DNA of 64,000 nucleotides from Eledone cirrhosa (GCA_964016885.1 OZ024755.1:20708001-20772000); one strand, 5' to 3'; positions 39,450 to 53,549 are shown, numbered from the stretch's first letter. The notes: a model not told the origin generated them from the letters alone. A program made the numbers and translations.

Positions 39450-41220
39450 TAACCACTAGCACTACCACCACCACCATCATAACCACTACCACTACCACCA
39501 TCATAACCACTACCACTACCACCACCACCATCATAACCACTACCACCATCATAACCACTACCACCACCACCATCATAACCATTACCACCACCATCATAAC
39601 CACTACCACTACCACCATCATAACCATTACCACCACCACCACCACCGCCATCATAACCACTACCACCACTACCACCACCACCATCATAACCACACTACCA
39701 CTACCACCACCACCACCATAACCACTACCACCACCATAACCACTAACACTACCACCATCATAACCACTACCACTACCACCACCACCACCATAACCACTAC
39801 CACCATCATAACCACTACCACTACCACCACCACCATAACCACTACCACCACCACCATCATAACCACTACCACCACTACCACCACCACCATCATAACCACT
39901 ACCACTACCACCACCATAACCACTACCACCATCATAACCACTACCACTACCACCACCATAACCACTAACACTACCACCATCATAACCACTACCACTACCA
40001 CCACCACCACCATAACCACTACCACCATCATAACCACTACCACTACCACCACCACCATAACCACTACCACCACCACCATCATAACCACTACCACCACTAC
40101 CACCACCACCATCATAACCACTACCACTACCACCACCATAACCACTACCACCACCATAACCACTACCACCACCACCACCATCATAACCATTACCACCACC
40201 ACCACCACAACCACTACCACCACCCCCGCCATCATAACCACTACCACCACCATCACAACCACTACCACCACCACCGCGATCATAACCACTACCACTACCA
40301 CCACAACCACTACCACCACCACCGCCATCACAACCACTACCACCACCATCACAACCACTACCACCACCATCACAACCACCACCACCATCACAACCACCAC
40401 CACCACCACCGCCATCACAACCACTACCACCACCATCACAACCACTACCACCACCATCACAACCACTACCACCGCCATCACAACCACTACCACCACCATC
40501 ACAACCACTACCACCACCATCACAACCACTACCACCACCACCGCCATCACAACCACCACCACCATCACAACCACCACCACCACCATCACAACCACTACCA
40601 CCACCACCACCATCACAACCACTACTGCTGCTGCTTCTGCCGCGGTCATCGCTATCACCACCACCGCCAACTCTACCACTACCACAACCACCACCACCAT
40701 CACAACCACCACCACCACCATCACAACCACTACTGCTGCTGCTTCTGCCGCGGTCATCGCTATCACCACCACCGCCAACTCTACCACTACCACAACCACC
40801 ACCACCATCACAACCACCACCACCACCATCACAACCACTACTGCTGCTGCTTCTGCCGCGGTCATCGCTATCACCACCACCGCCAACTCTACCACTACCA
40901 CAACCACCACCACCATCACAACCACCACCACCACCATCACAACCACTACTGCTGCTGCTTCTGCCGCGGTCATCGCTATCACCACCACCGCCAACTCTAC
41001 CACTACCACAACCATCATCACCACCATCGCCATTACCACCACCACCACCATCACCACCATTGCCATTACCACCACCATTAGCACCACCATCGCCATTACC
41101 ACCACCACCACCATCACCCCCCACCATTAGCACCACTATCACCACCATCGCCCCCACCAACACCACTATCACCACCATTAGCACCACCATCGCCCCACCA
41201 ACACCATTAGCATCACCATT
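39450..41220. repeat. (ACC)n-derived cryptic trinucleotide repeat with 4 x 108-bp higher-order units
   Basis: actactgctgctgcttctgccgcgg at 40621, 40729, 40837 and 40945. Confidence 0.9.
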
Positions 41221-41363
41221 AATGGTTTCAGTTATTAGATGGCAGCTCAGCTATGTTGGGGCGCCGCCTTGAAAGTTTTAGTCGGTCATATGGTACATAT
41301 TCTAACAGATACAAACATAAACACACACATGTCTATATATTTACACGTATATATATTTGTATA

Positions 41364-41503
<140 letters not shown>

Positions 41504-41852
41504 ATTGGCTCAGTGCCCAGTCTTTCCTCACTTCAAAAAAAAAATCTTATAAAATCTTATATTGTGCAATGGCCATACTCGATATATATGCGTCCATACA
41601 GTTTCCATCTACCAAATTTCACTGACAAGACATTGCATTGGCTAACCGGAAGCTATGGTCAAACACACCCTGCCCACGGTCCCATGCAGTTGGATTGAAC
41701 CCGAAACAATGATGTTTATTTACATCATTGTCTAAAAAAAAAAAAAAAGTAGGAAAATCAGTTGTGTTTGTCTTGGTTCGAACGACTCTCATCCAACATC
41801 AACTGCTGGATCAACAATGAACTGTGACTAAACAATAAACACAACTGTTAAC

Positions 41853-41902
41853 ATGGAAGAAGCAACCGAACCGGCTCAGCCAGCTGTTAGCTTCTGTGTA
41901 AG
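41853..41902 (+). CDS. Candidate first coding exon of an unidentified gene (MEEATEPAQPAVSFCV)
   Basis: Kozak aacATGg, donor AAG|gtaatt, Inr-like TCAGTT at 41758, apparently non-repetitive context; no downstream exon identified. Confidence 0.3.
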
Positions 41903-42096
41903 GTAATTGGCGCAACTACAGCGCCAATAATGGAAATTATCCCTGCTCTAATTCTGCCTTATAGAATTACATAAATAAAGAATCCCACAATCTATGTTAT
42001 TACATTGTTTGTCACGACATATGGCCCACTGTTACACTTAATTATTGAATGAAATGAAAAAAAATAATGCATAATGAAATATAGAGCATTCACTGA

Positions 42097-42400
42097 TATA
42101 GGTTTAGCTGACCTACTACCAGGTTTTATCTCACAAAAGTTTTCTTAGTGGGTTTAATGATAGAGGCCTCAGTTCTATCATGTTGTTACAGCTTTCACCT
42201 GTATAGGTTTAGTTGAGTTCCTACGAGGTTGCCTCTCACGGGAGAATTTTTAAAGGTTTTAATGATAGAGGCCCCAGTCCTATCATGTTGTTGCAGCTTT
42301 TACCTATATAGGTTTAGCTGGGCTCATACGAGGTTGCATCTCACAGAATGTTTCTTGGGGGGGAGAGGGGGTTAATGATAGGGACACCAGTCCTATCATG
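42097..42400. repeat. ~105-bp degenerate tandem repeat, 3 copies
   Basis: tataggtttag.tga...ttaatgatagaggcc.cagt.ctatcatg. Confidence 0.75.
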
Positions 42401-42954
42401 AAATGCAACGTGAAATGAAGTGACTTGCTCAAGAACACAATGCGCTTCACGAACCAGAAATTGAACTCCCGATCTTACTATTGTAGATTCAACGCCCCTA
42501 ACCACTAGGCTACACACGTTGAAAAGCTTAAACGAAAACTTTAACATACATAACAAAGGATTTTTTAGGTAAAGGGTCGGTAATTTTGTGGGGAGGGAAA
42601 AGTCGATTATATCGACCTCAGTACTTGACTGATAGATTTTTTTTTAGACACCCCATCCCAGGGTGGAATAATAGGTAAAGTTGACGACGGTGGAATTTGA
42701 ACTCAGAACCTAAAGAACTGGAACAAATACCCCATGGCATATTGTCTAACGCTCTACCGAATCTGCCAAGCTACATATATAATGAAATCATTTCCAGTTA
42801 TAGGCTTTCAACAATCTTTACTATCGAACAAAATCGAAGATATGAACGAAGTCTTTAACATAAGGAAACAATGTAATGAAAATCGATATTTATCAAAATA
42901 GAAACAAATATTAATAAACCTTAGGAATTATCGATCCGCTGTGCATGGATGAAA

Positions 42955-43187
42955 TTTGAAAATGTGAGAGTCCCAAACGTAGAAAATAACTGTGATAGCA
43001 GTCGATCGCTATAAATAATAGTTGAGAAAATTGCGTAAAATACCTTTAAAGGCAAAAATAAATTAACAGAGACGCCTACGTCTGTTAGGGTTCGGGTTAA
43101 CCAAACACAATTTTACTCAACTATTATTTATAGTGATCGACAGCTATTGGAGCTGCTTTCTACGTTTGGGAATATCACATTTTCAAA
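42955..43187. mobile_element. MITE-like fold-back element with ~80-bp imperfect inverted arms
   Basis: tttgaaaatgtgaga.tcccaaacgtagaaa...tcgatcgctataaataatagttgag and its reverse complement. Confidence 0.75.
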
Positions 43188-43792
43188 TAGATACAAGATA
43201 ATTTTTTTTAAAATGCTTTTTCCCTGACTGAGCAAAGGGAAATATAGATTAGGGAAACGGAAGTAAGAAGTTTTGACACTTATGCCTTTCCCTAGATTGT
43301 CAATAGCGTCAATGAAGTGAAATAACTTGAACTGGGAGTGGAAGCTTAAGCCGCTAACACAGATCTAGTTAACCGGTGCTTACTATTTCCTAATCACCAC
43401 GTATTGACAACAAAAAAGTGAAGGGAGGAAGAGAGGGAAGAGGAAGAGGGGGGAGAAGAATGAGGAAGGGGAGGAAAAGAAGGTGGAGAGAAGGAAGATA
43501 AACAAGTGAATGAAAAACACATGACAGATATCTGAAAAATGAATGAATTGTTTAGGAAAAAAAAATGTCCGGTTAATCGAGGGTCCCCTTTTTCCATTCC
43601 CTAGCTGTAGCAGTCTTACATTACTTTAACTCTTTCATTACCATATTTTTAATGAAAAACTGTAAATTTTTCAAATAGTTTTGAAAAATTATCAAGAATT
43701 TGGTGGAATTTCGTAATATAACTAAATTTCTCGTTCTTAGTCTCATCTCAGGAGAGACTTCTTATATAAACTTGCGATGTAAGGTTTATCTC

Positions 43793-43850
<58 letters not shown>

Positions 43851-43882
43851 CAAAGGTATATATTGAGTTAGGAACTCTATTA

Positions 43883-43951
<69 letters not shown>

Positions 43952-43966
43952 GTGTGTGTGTTTGTG

Positions 43967-44020
<54 letters not shown>

Positions 44021-44118
44021 CAGGGTGTCCCAAAAAATGTATACACACTTTGATTACCTGTACAGGCAATATTTATTAGAATGCTGTTGAAATGTGTATA
44101 TATTTTTGGGGACACCAG
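44021..44118. mobile_element. Small Tc1/mariner MITE
   Basis: TA-cagggtgtcccaaaaaatgtatacac ... gtgtatatatttttggggacacc. Confidence 0.7.
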
Positions 44119-44119
44119 A

Positions 44120-44413
44120 GTTGGGGACCCGGGGTACTTTAGGTTTGGAGGGGCCCCCTCATACACAAAAACATTAGAATTTGCAGCAACCCGCCCAGCC
44201 CCAATTTTACATAACAAAGTTAGCTTGGCGCAAGTAATTGCAATTGAGAAGTTATATATACAGGTATTTAAAGCTTCTAATCATCCTAAAACTAGAAAGC
44301 CCAGCTGAGGGCACAAATAAATTGCTACGACCGTCGCTGATGAGGCTCCCCATTGCCGGGAGCCCGGGCAATTTCCCCCTTGCCCCACCCCACCCTCATT
44401 AAATCCGGCCCTG
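44120..44413. mobile_element. hAT-like MITE remnant
   Basis: One terminus ttaaatccggccctg with a subterminal gggcaatttccccct motif; other terminus not found. Confidence 0.45.
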
Positions 44414-44544
44414 GCCACCACTGTATAATGGGGGAGGCACTTTTAAACTGACGCTTCTTTCAGACACGTGAACAAAAATCATTGGTAGCACAGGCATGTT
44501 AAGTGTATAAAACTTTGTTTACACTATATAAGCTCTCTTCCAAC

Positions 44545-44856
44545 AGATCGAGCACTGTTTCCCTTGATCTTTCATCTCGGCCGAACCAGTTGGAGAAGGT
44601 TGCTTCTGAGAGGACCCGATTGAGGGAGTATTTAGGACTCTGCCTACAAGTCCCTCTCAGGAAGAAGAAGAAGAAGAAGAAGAAGAAAAAGAAGAAGAAG
44701 AAAAAGAAGAAAGGGAAGAAAAAGAAGAAAAGGAAGAAAAAGAAGAAAAAGAAGAAAAAGAAGAAGAATAAAAAGAAAAAGAAGAAGAAAATGAAGAAGA
44801 AAAAGAAAGAAAAAAGAAGAAAAAGAAGAAGAAGAAAAAGAAGAAGAAGAAGAAGA
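44545..44856 (+). mobile_element. RTE-like LINE 3' end with an expanded (GAA)n tail
   Basis: QLEKVASERTRLREYLGLC resembles the RTE C-terminus (QLE.IAQDR..WR.LV.GLC), directly followed by ~195 bp of GAA-rich repeat. Confidence 0.55.
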
Positions 44857-45144
44857 TATATATATATATAAACAAACAGCTTTAGTTTTTTGTTGTAAAA
44901 CCAGGGAGGCGGCTTGCTATCATAAGGGTTTAGCTTCTTTGTTTTCCTGGAAAAAGAAATGAAAGCCACGACTTCACATCTGCTTCCTATGGTGAGTTAT
45001 ACATAGGTGTGACTATCTCAGTGACATTGTCGTCGTGGCGATTACAGCTGTCAAGAAGGAAGAAGGTTCTTCTGACGACGACAAAGCAGAAACTAGGGTA
45101 CCACGATAAAATTTCAAACTTTCATTCACGATAGAATTTCAAAC

Positions 45145-45427
45145 CTACTACTACTACTATTACTACTACAATCAGTAGTACTGCTACTACCACCACCACT
45201 ACTACTACTACTATTACTACAATCAGTAGTACTGCTACTACTACCACTACTACTACTACAATCAGTAGTACTGCTACTACTACCACTACTACTACTACAA
45301 TCAGTAGTACTGCTACTACTACCACTACTACTACTACTACTACTACTTCTAGTACTATTGCTGCTACTGTTGCTATTACTACTACTACTACTATTACTTC
45401 TAGTACTATTGCTGCTACTGTTGCTAT

Positions 45428-45459
<32 letters not shown>

Positions 45460-45710
45460 TTACTTCTAGTACTATTGCTGCTACTGTTGCTATTACTACT
45501 ACTACTACTAGTACTATTGCTGCTGCTGTTACTAATACTACTATTATTATTACTACTACTACTAGTACTATTGCTGCTGCTGTTACTAATACTACTATTA
45601 TTATTACTACTACTACTACTACTACTACAATCAGTACTACTACTACCACTACTACTACAATCAGTACTACTACTACAATCAGTACTACTACTACTACTAC
45701 TACTACTATT
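45145..45710. repeat. (CTA)n-derived trinucleotide repeat
   Basis: Direct inspection. Confidence 0.9.
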
Positions 45711-45852
45711 ACCCGGTGTAAACCTTAACACACCTGCCAATCCACGGCCCAGTATAATATATATGGTAATAATAGTTCTTAACATAGGCAAAAGGCCAAC
45801 AATTGTCCGATACTCTACCGCCTCTCTGCCAATCTACAACCCTATTATATCG

Positions 45853-46530
45853 TAATAATTGTTTCTACTTTTGGCACAAGGCCAGCAATTATCCCAGTGT
45901 ATTACTGGTACTTTATTTTATCGATCTCGCAAGAATGAAAGGCAAAGCTAACCTCGGCGGGATTTGAACTCAGAACGTAAAAGGACGTAACTATATGCCG
46001 CAAAGCATGTCCGATGATCTACCGATTACTGCCAATCCACTGCCCAATCCGATGTATTCTAGTCTTTTCTTAAGCGGTAGCAGGTGATTTGATGGAGATT
46101 TGGCTGCTATTTCTAACTCATCAAGTGGCCACATAGAGAAACGCTCGTTGACTGAAAATGCATTTTTTTTCTTCTAAATAATAAAACAAAAAGAAAAAGA
46201 AAAAAATGCTGTTTAATAACTGTTTCTACTTTTGGCACAAGGCCAGCAATTAGCCCAGTGTATTACTGGTACTTTATTTTATCGACCCCGTAAGGATGAA
46301 AGGCAAAGTTAACCTCGGCGGGATTTGAACTCAGATCATAAAGGGATGTAACTCTATGCTTCAAAACATCGTGTCCGACTCTCTACCGATACTGTCAATA
46401 CACCAGTTTCTGATTTAAACACAAGGCCAACAATTTTGGGGGAGAAGGGGCAAGTCAATTAAATCGACACCAGTGTATTACTGGTACTTTATTTTATAGA
46501 CCCCTGTAAGGATGAAAGGTAAAGTTAACC
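45853..46530 (-). mobile_element. SINE family A cluster containing an inverted duplicate of 7727-8104
   Basis: Two full copies and one partial; the spacer is nearly identical to 7772-7945. Confidence 0.85.
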
Positions 46531-46619
46531 TATACAAAGCAAAATACCCCGCCTTTTTTTTTTAAAACAAACTTTATTCCGGCAGTGGTGGTGGTGGGGG
46601 GGGGGGGAGCTTGAAATCA

Positions 46620-47480
46620 GAGTGTAGAGAGAGAGAGTGTGAGGGGGCGACAGAGAGAGACAGGGAGAAAGAGGGAGTGGGAGACAGAAACAGAGAGAGA
46701 GAGGGAGGGAGAAAGAGAGAAAGACAGACAGAGAAAGAGAGAGAGAGAGAGACAAACAGACAGACAGGGAGAGACAGACAGACAGATAGAGACACAGAGA
46801 GAGAGAGACAGACAGAGACAAAGAGACAGAGAGAGAGACAGACAGACAGAGACAGAGAAGGAGAGAGAGAAAGACAGAGAGACAAACAGACAGAGACAGA
46901 GAGAGAGAGACAGACAGAGACAGAGAAGGAGAGAGAGAAAGACAGAGAGACAAACAGACAGAGACAGAGAGAGAGAGACAGACAGAGACAGAGAAGGAGA
47001 GAGAGAAAGACAGAGAGACAAACAGACAGAGACAGAGAGAGAGAGACAGACAGAGACAGAGAAGGAGAGAGAGAAAGACAGAGAGACAAACAGACAGAGA
47101 CAGAGAGAGAGAGACAGACAGAGACAGAGAGAGAGAGAGAGAAAGACACAGAGACAAACAGACAGAGACAGAGAGAGAGAGAGACAGACAGAGACAGAGA
47201 AGGAGAGAGAGAAAGACAGAGAGACAAACAGACAGAGACAGAGAGAGAGAGACAGACAGAGACAGAGAAGGAGAGAGAGACAGACAGAGACAAACAGACA
47301 GAGACAGAGAGAGAGAGACAGACAGAGACAGAGAAGGAGAGAGAGAAAGACAGAGAGACAAACAGACAGAGACAGAGAGAGAGAGAGACAGACAGAGACA
47401 GAGAAGGAGAGAGAGAAAGACAGAGAGACAAACAGACAGAGACAGAGAGAGAGGCAGAGGGGCAGAGAGAGAGTGAGGGG
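46620..47480. repeat. (GA/GACA)n compound repeat with ~60-bp higher-order unit
   Basis: Direct inspection. Confidence 0.92.
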
Positions 47481-47657
47481 AAGACTATATAGTACAAGCT
47501 ACCCCGCCTTTTTTCAACATTGTTTCTTAAACTTATTCTCTATAAACAACATATCTTCTCAGAAATACGGAACAAACATGTAACGTAAGGTGTTCAATAT
47601 ACGATACAAATACAACAGCTTCATAAATTCCACAAGTTGTTAGTGATTAAGGATACA

Positions 47658-50600
47658 TGTGTGTGTGGTGTGGTGTGGTGTTGTGTAGTGTGGTGTGGTG
47701 TGGTGTAGTGTGGTGTGGTGTGGTGTGGTGTAGTGTGGTGTGGTGTGGTGTGGTGTAGTGTGGTGTGGTGTGGTGTTGTGTAGTGTGGTGTAGTGTAGTG
47801 TGGTGTAGTGTGATGTGGTGTAGTGTGGTGTAGTGTAGTGTGGTGTAGTGTGATGTGGTGTAGTGTGGTGTAGTGTAGTGTGGTGTAGTGTGATGTGGTG
47901 TGGTGTGGTGTGGTGTTGTGTAGTGTAGTGTGGTGTAGTGTGGTGTAGTGTGGTGCGGTGTGGTGTGGTGTAGTGTGGTGTAGTGTGGTGCGGTGTGGTG
48001 TAGTGTAGTGTGGTGTGGTGTAGTGTGGTGTGGTGTAGTGTGGTGTAGTGTGGTGCGGTGTGGTGTAGTGTGGTGTAGTGTAGTGTAGTGTAGTGTAGTG
48101 TGGTGTAGTGTAGTGTGGTGTGGTGTGGTGCGGTGTGGTGTAGTGTGGTGTAGTGTGGTGTAGTGTGGAGTAGTGTAGTGTAGTGTGGTGTAGTGTAGTG
48201 TAGTGGTGTAGTGTAGTGTGGTGTAGTGTGGTGTTGTGTGGTGTGGTGTGGTGTAGTGTAGTGTGGTGTAGTGTAGTGTAGTGTGGTGTGGTCTGGTGTA
48301 GTGTGGTGTGGTGTGGTGTGGTGTTGTGTAGTGTGGTGTAGTGTAGTGTGGTGTAGTGTGATGTGGTGTAGTGTGGTGTAGTGTAGTGTGGTGTAGTGTG
48401 GTGTAGTGTGGTGTGGTGTGGTGTGGTGTAGTGTGGTGTGGTGTGGTGTGGTGTTGTGTAGTGTGGTGTAGTGTGGTGTGGTGTAGTGTAGTGTGGTGCG
48501 GTGTGGTGTAGTGTGGTGTAGTGTGGTGTGGTGTGGTGTGGTGTAGTGTGGTGTGGTGTAGTGTGGTGTGGTGTAGTGTGGTGTGGTGTTGTGTAGTGTG
48601 GTGTAGTGTGGTGTGGTGTGGTGTGGTGTAGTGTGGTGTGGTGTGGTGTAGTGTGGTGTAGTGTAGTGTAGAGTGGTGTAGTGTAGTGTGGTGTAGTGTG
48701 GTGTGGTGTGGTGTAGTGTGGTGTAGTGTAGTGTAGTGTAGTGTGGTGCGGTGTGGTGTAGTGTGGTGTAGTGTAGTGTAGTGTAGTGTGGTGTAGTGTG
48801 GTGTGGTGTAGTGTGGTGCGGTGTGGTGTGGTGTAGTGTGGTGCGGTGTGGTGTGGTGTAGTGTGGTGCGGTGTGGTGTAGTGTAGTGTGGTGCGGTGTG
48901 GTGTAGTGTAGTGTGGTGTGGTGTAGTGTGGTGTGGTGTAGTGTAGTGTGGTGTGGTGTGGTGTAGTGTGGTGTAGTGTGGTGTAGTGTAGTGTAGTGTG
49001 GTGTGGTGTGGTGTGGTGTGGTGTAGTGTAGTGTGGTGTGGTGTAGTGTGGTGTGGTGTAGAGTGGTGTAGTGTAGTGTAGTGTGGTGTGGTGTGGTGTG
49101 GTGTGGTGTGGTGTAGTGTAGTGTGGTGTGGTGTAGTGTGGTGTGGTGTAGAGTGGTGTAGTGTAGTGTAGTGTGGTGTGGTGTGGTGTGGTGTAGTGTA
49201 GTGTGGTGTGGTGTAGTGTGGTGTAGAGTGGTGTAGTGTAGTGTAGTGTGGTGTGGTGTGGTGTGGTGTGGTGTGGTGTGGTGTGGTGTGGTGTGGTGTG
49301 GTGTGGTGTGGTGTAGAGTGGTGTAGAGTGGTGTAGTGTAGTGTGGTGTGGTGTGGTGTAGTGTAGTGTGGTGTAGTGTAGTGTAGTGTGGTGTAGTGTA
49401 GTATGGTGTAGTGTAGTGTGGTGTAGTGTGGTGTGGTGTGGTGTAGTGTAGTGTCTGGTATGGTGTATAGTGTAGTGTAGTGTAGTGTAGTGTCTGGTAT
49501 GGTGTATAGTGTAGTGTAGTGTAGTGTAGTGTAGTGTAGTGTGGTGTCTGGTATGGTGTGTAGTGTAGTGTGGTGTCTGGTATGGTGTATAGTGTAGTGT
49601 AGTGTAGTGTAGTGTCTGGTATGGTGTATAGTGTAGTGTAGTGTAGTGTAGTGTAGTGTAGTGTAGTGTAGTGTCGTGTAGTGTGGTGTCTGGTATGGTG
49701 TGTAGTGTAGTGTAGTGTGGTGTTTGGTATGGTGTGTAGTGTGGTGTAGTGTAGTGTCTGGTATGGTGTGTAGTGTAGTGTGGTGTAGTGTAGTGTAGTG
49801 TAGTGTAGTGTAGTGTAGTGTAGTGTAGTGTAGTGTAGTGTAGTGTAGTGTAGTGTAGTGTAGTGTAGTGTAGTGTAGTGTAGTGTGGTGTCTGGTATGG
49901 TGTATAGTGTAGTGTAGTGTAGTGTCTGATATGGTGTATAGTGTAGTGTAGTGTAGTGTAGTGTGGTGTCTGGTATGGTGTGTAGTGTAGTGTGGTGTGT
50001 AGTGTAGTGTGGTGTCTGGTATAGTGTATAGTGTAGTGTAGTGTGGTGTCTGGTATAGTGTAGTGTAGTGTAGTGTAGTGTAGTGTAGTGTAGTGTAGTG
50101 TAGTGTGGTGTGGTGTCTGGTATAGTGTAGTGTAGTGTAGTGTAGTGTAGTGTAGTGTAGTGTAGTGTAGTGTAGTGTCGTGTAGTGTGGTGTCTGGTAT
50201 GGTGTGTAGTGTAGTGTAGTGTGGTGTTTGGTATGGTGTGTAGTGTAGTGTCTGGTATGGTGTGTAGTGTAGTGTGGTGTCTGGTATGGTGTGTAGTGTA
50301 GTGTAGTGTGGTGTCTGGTATGGGGTGTAGTGTAGTGTGGTGTAGTGTAGTGTGGTGTCTGGTATGGTGTGTAGTGTAGTGTGGTGTCTGGTATGGTGTG
50401 TAGTGTAGTGTAGTGTGGTGTCTGGTATGGTGTGTAGTGTAGTGTAGTGTAGTGTGGTGTCTGGTATGGTGTGTAGTGTGGTGTCTGGTATGGTGTATAG
50501 TGTAGTGTAGTGTAGTGTGGTGTCTGGTCTGGTGTGTAGTGTAGTGTAGTGTAGTGTGGTGTCTGGTATGGTGTGTAGTGTAGTGTAGTGTGGTGTCTGG

Positions 50601-52980
50601 TATGGTGTGTAGTGTAGTGTAGACTGGTGTGGTGTAGCGTAGCGTAGTGTAGTGTGGTGTAGTGTAGTGTAGTGTGGTGTCTGGTATGTAGTGTAGTGTA
50701 GTGTAGTGTAGTGTAGTGTAGTGTAGTGTGGTGTAGTGCAGTGTAGTGTGGTGTCTGGTATGGTGTGTAGTATGGTGTGTAGTGTAGTGTGGTGTCTGGT
50801 ATGGTGTGTAGTGTAGTGTGGTGTAGTGTAGTGTGGTGTCTGGTATGGTGTGTAGTGTAGTGTGGTGTCTGGTATGGTGTGTAGTGTAGTGTGGTGTAGT
50901 GTAGTGTGGTGTCTGGTATGGTGTGTAGTGTAGTGTAGTGTAGTGTAGTGTGGTGTCTGGTATGGTGTGTAGTGTAGTCTGGTATGGTGTAGTGTAGTGT
51001 GGTGTCTGGTATGGTGTGTAGCGTAGTGTAGTGTGGTGTCTGGTATGGTGTGTAGTGTAGTGTAGTGTAGTGTAGTGTAGTGTAGTGTAGTGTAGTGTAG
51101 TGTAGTGTAGTGTAGTGTGGTGTCTGGTATGGTGTGTAGTGTAGCGTAGTGTGGTGTCTGGTATGGTGTGTAGTGTAGCGTAGTGTAGTGTGGTGTCTGG
51201 TATGGTGTGTAGTGTAGCGTAGTGTAGTGTGGTGTCTGGTATGGTGTGTAGTGTAGTGTAGTGTAGTGTAGTGTAGTGTAGTGTAGTGTAGTGTAGTGTA
51301 GCGTAGTGTAGTGTGGTGTGGTGTCTGGTATGGTGTGTAGTGTAGCGTAGTGTGGTGTGGTGTCTGGTATGGTGTGTAGTGTAGCGTAGTGTAGTGTGGT
51401 GTCTGGTATGGTGTGTAGTGTAGCGTAGTGTAGTGTGGTGTCTGGTATGTAGTGTAGTGTAGTGTAGTGTAGTGTAGTGTAGTGTAGTGCAGTGTAGTGT
51501 AGTGTAGTGTAGTGTAGTGTAGCGTAGTGTCTGGTATGGTGTGTAGTGTAGCGTAGTGTGGTGTCTGGTATGGTGTGTAGTGTAGCGTAGTGTAGTGTGG
51601 TGTCTGGTATGGTGTGTAGTGTAGCGTAGTGTAGTGTGGTGTCTGGTATGGTGTGTAGTGTAGTGTAGTGTGGTGTCTGGTATGGTGTGTAGTGTAGCGT
51701 AGTGTAGTGTGGTGTGGTGTCTGGTATGGTGTGTAGTGTAGCGTAGTGTAGTGTGGTGTCTGGTATGGTGTGTAGTGTAGCGTAGTGTAGTGTGGTGTCT
51801 GGTATGGTGTGTAGTGTAGCGTAGTGTGGTGTCTGGTATGGTGTGTAGTGTAGCGTAGTGTAGTGTGGTGTCTGGTATGGTGTGTAGTGTAGCGTAGTGT
51901 AGTGTGGTGTCTGGTATGGTGTGTAGTGTAGTGTAGTGTAGTGTAGTGTAGTGTAGTGTAGTGTAGTGTAGTGTAGTGTAGTGTAGCGTAGTGTAGTGTG
52001 GTGTCTGGCATGGTGTGTAGTGTAGCGTAGTGTGGTGTCTGGTATGGTGTGTAGTGTAGCGTAGTGTAGTGTGGTGTCTGGTATGGTGTGTAGTGTAGCG
52101 TAGTGTAGTGTGGTGTCTGGTATGGTGTGTAGTGTAGTGTGGTGTAGTGTAGTGTAGTGTAGTGTAGTGTAGTGTAGTGTAGTGTAGTGTAGTGTAGTGT
52201 AGTGTAGTGTAGTGTAGTGTAGTGTAGTGTAGTGTAGTGTAGTGTAGTGTAGTGTAGTGTAGTGTAGTGTAGCGTAGTGTAGTGTGGTGTCTGGTATGGT
52301 GTGTAGTGTAGCGTAGTGTGGTGTCTGGTATGGTGTGTAGTGTAGCGTAGTGTAGTGTGGTGTCTGGTATGGTGTGTAGTGTAGCGTAGTGTAGTGTGGT
52401 GTCTGGTATGGTGTGTAGTGTAGCGTAGTGTAGTGTGGTGTAGTGTAGTGTAGTGTAGTGTAGTGTAGTGTAGTGTAGTGTAGTGTAGTGTAGTGTAGTG
52501 TAGTGTAGTGTCTGGTATGGTGTGTAGTGTAGTGTGGTGTCTGGTATGGTGTGTAGTGTAACGTAGTGTGGTGTCTGGTATGGTGTGTAGTGTAGCGTAG
52601 TGTAGTGTGGTGTCTGGTATGGTGTGTAGTGTAGCGTAGTGTAGTGTCTGGTATGGTGTGTAGTGTAGCGTAGTGTAGTGTAGTGTGGTGTCTGGTATGG
52701 TGTGTAGTGTAGCGTAGTGTGGTGTCTGGTATGGTGTGTAGTGTAGCGTAGTGTAGTGTGGTGTGTAGTATGGTGTGTAGTGTAGTGTAGTGTGGTGTCT
52801 GGTATGGTGTGTAGTATGGTGTGTAGTGTAGTGTAGTGTGGTGTCTGGTCTGGTATGGTGTGTAGTGTAGTGTGGTGTGGTGTCTGGTATGGTGTGTAGT
52901 GTAGTGTAGTGTCTGGTATGGTGTGTGTGGTAGTGTGGTGTCTGGTATGGGGTGTGTGTGTGGTAGTGTAGTGTGTGGTA
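47658..52980. repeat. 5.3-kb (GTGTA/GTGTG)n pentanucleotide satellite
   Basis: Pentamer array; gtctggtatggt interruptions from ~49450 onward. Confidence 0.97.
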
Positions 52981-53064
52981 TCTGTCTATCTGTGTGTATC
53001 AGAGAGGGACTATGTATATAAATGTGTAGGTGTGCATTTATGCATATATGCGTGTGTACAAGCC

Positions 53065-53216
<152 letters not shown>

Positions 53217-53496
53217 GTGTGTGAGGGTGTATATGTATGTGTAGGTCAAAAGTAAACAGAAATAACAAAACAAACAACACAGTACAATGAAGAATTATAT
53301 AAGTTTAACGCTTGAAATAATAATTGTTTCTATTTTTGGCACAAGGCCACCAATTACGCAGTACATTACTGGTACTTTATTTTATCAACCCCGTAAGGAT
53401 GAAAGGCAAAGTTAACCTTGGCGGGATTTGAACTCAGATCATAAAATAATTATATATATATATATATATATATATACTGTATAAATATATATACTG

Positions 53497-53549
<53 letters not shown>

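Noticed and set aside
44547-44871. Second exon joining 41902 (phase-compatible) with an SLC4-like YLGLCLQVP-polyK motif
   Set aside because: Better explained as an RTE C-terminus with a (GAA)n tail; runs into a stop with no donor
44934-45135. Exon-like segment with LYIGVTIS and a gtgagt donor
   Set aside because: All frames have nearby stops and there is no consistent acceptor-donor pair
46525-47583. RE/RQ-rich and SL-rich ORFs
   Set aside because: (GA/GACA)n repeat translations
47647-52011. 1454-aa His/Thr/Tyr-rich ORF
   Set aside because: Translation of a pentamer satellite
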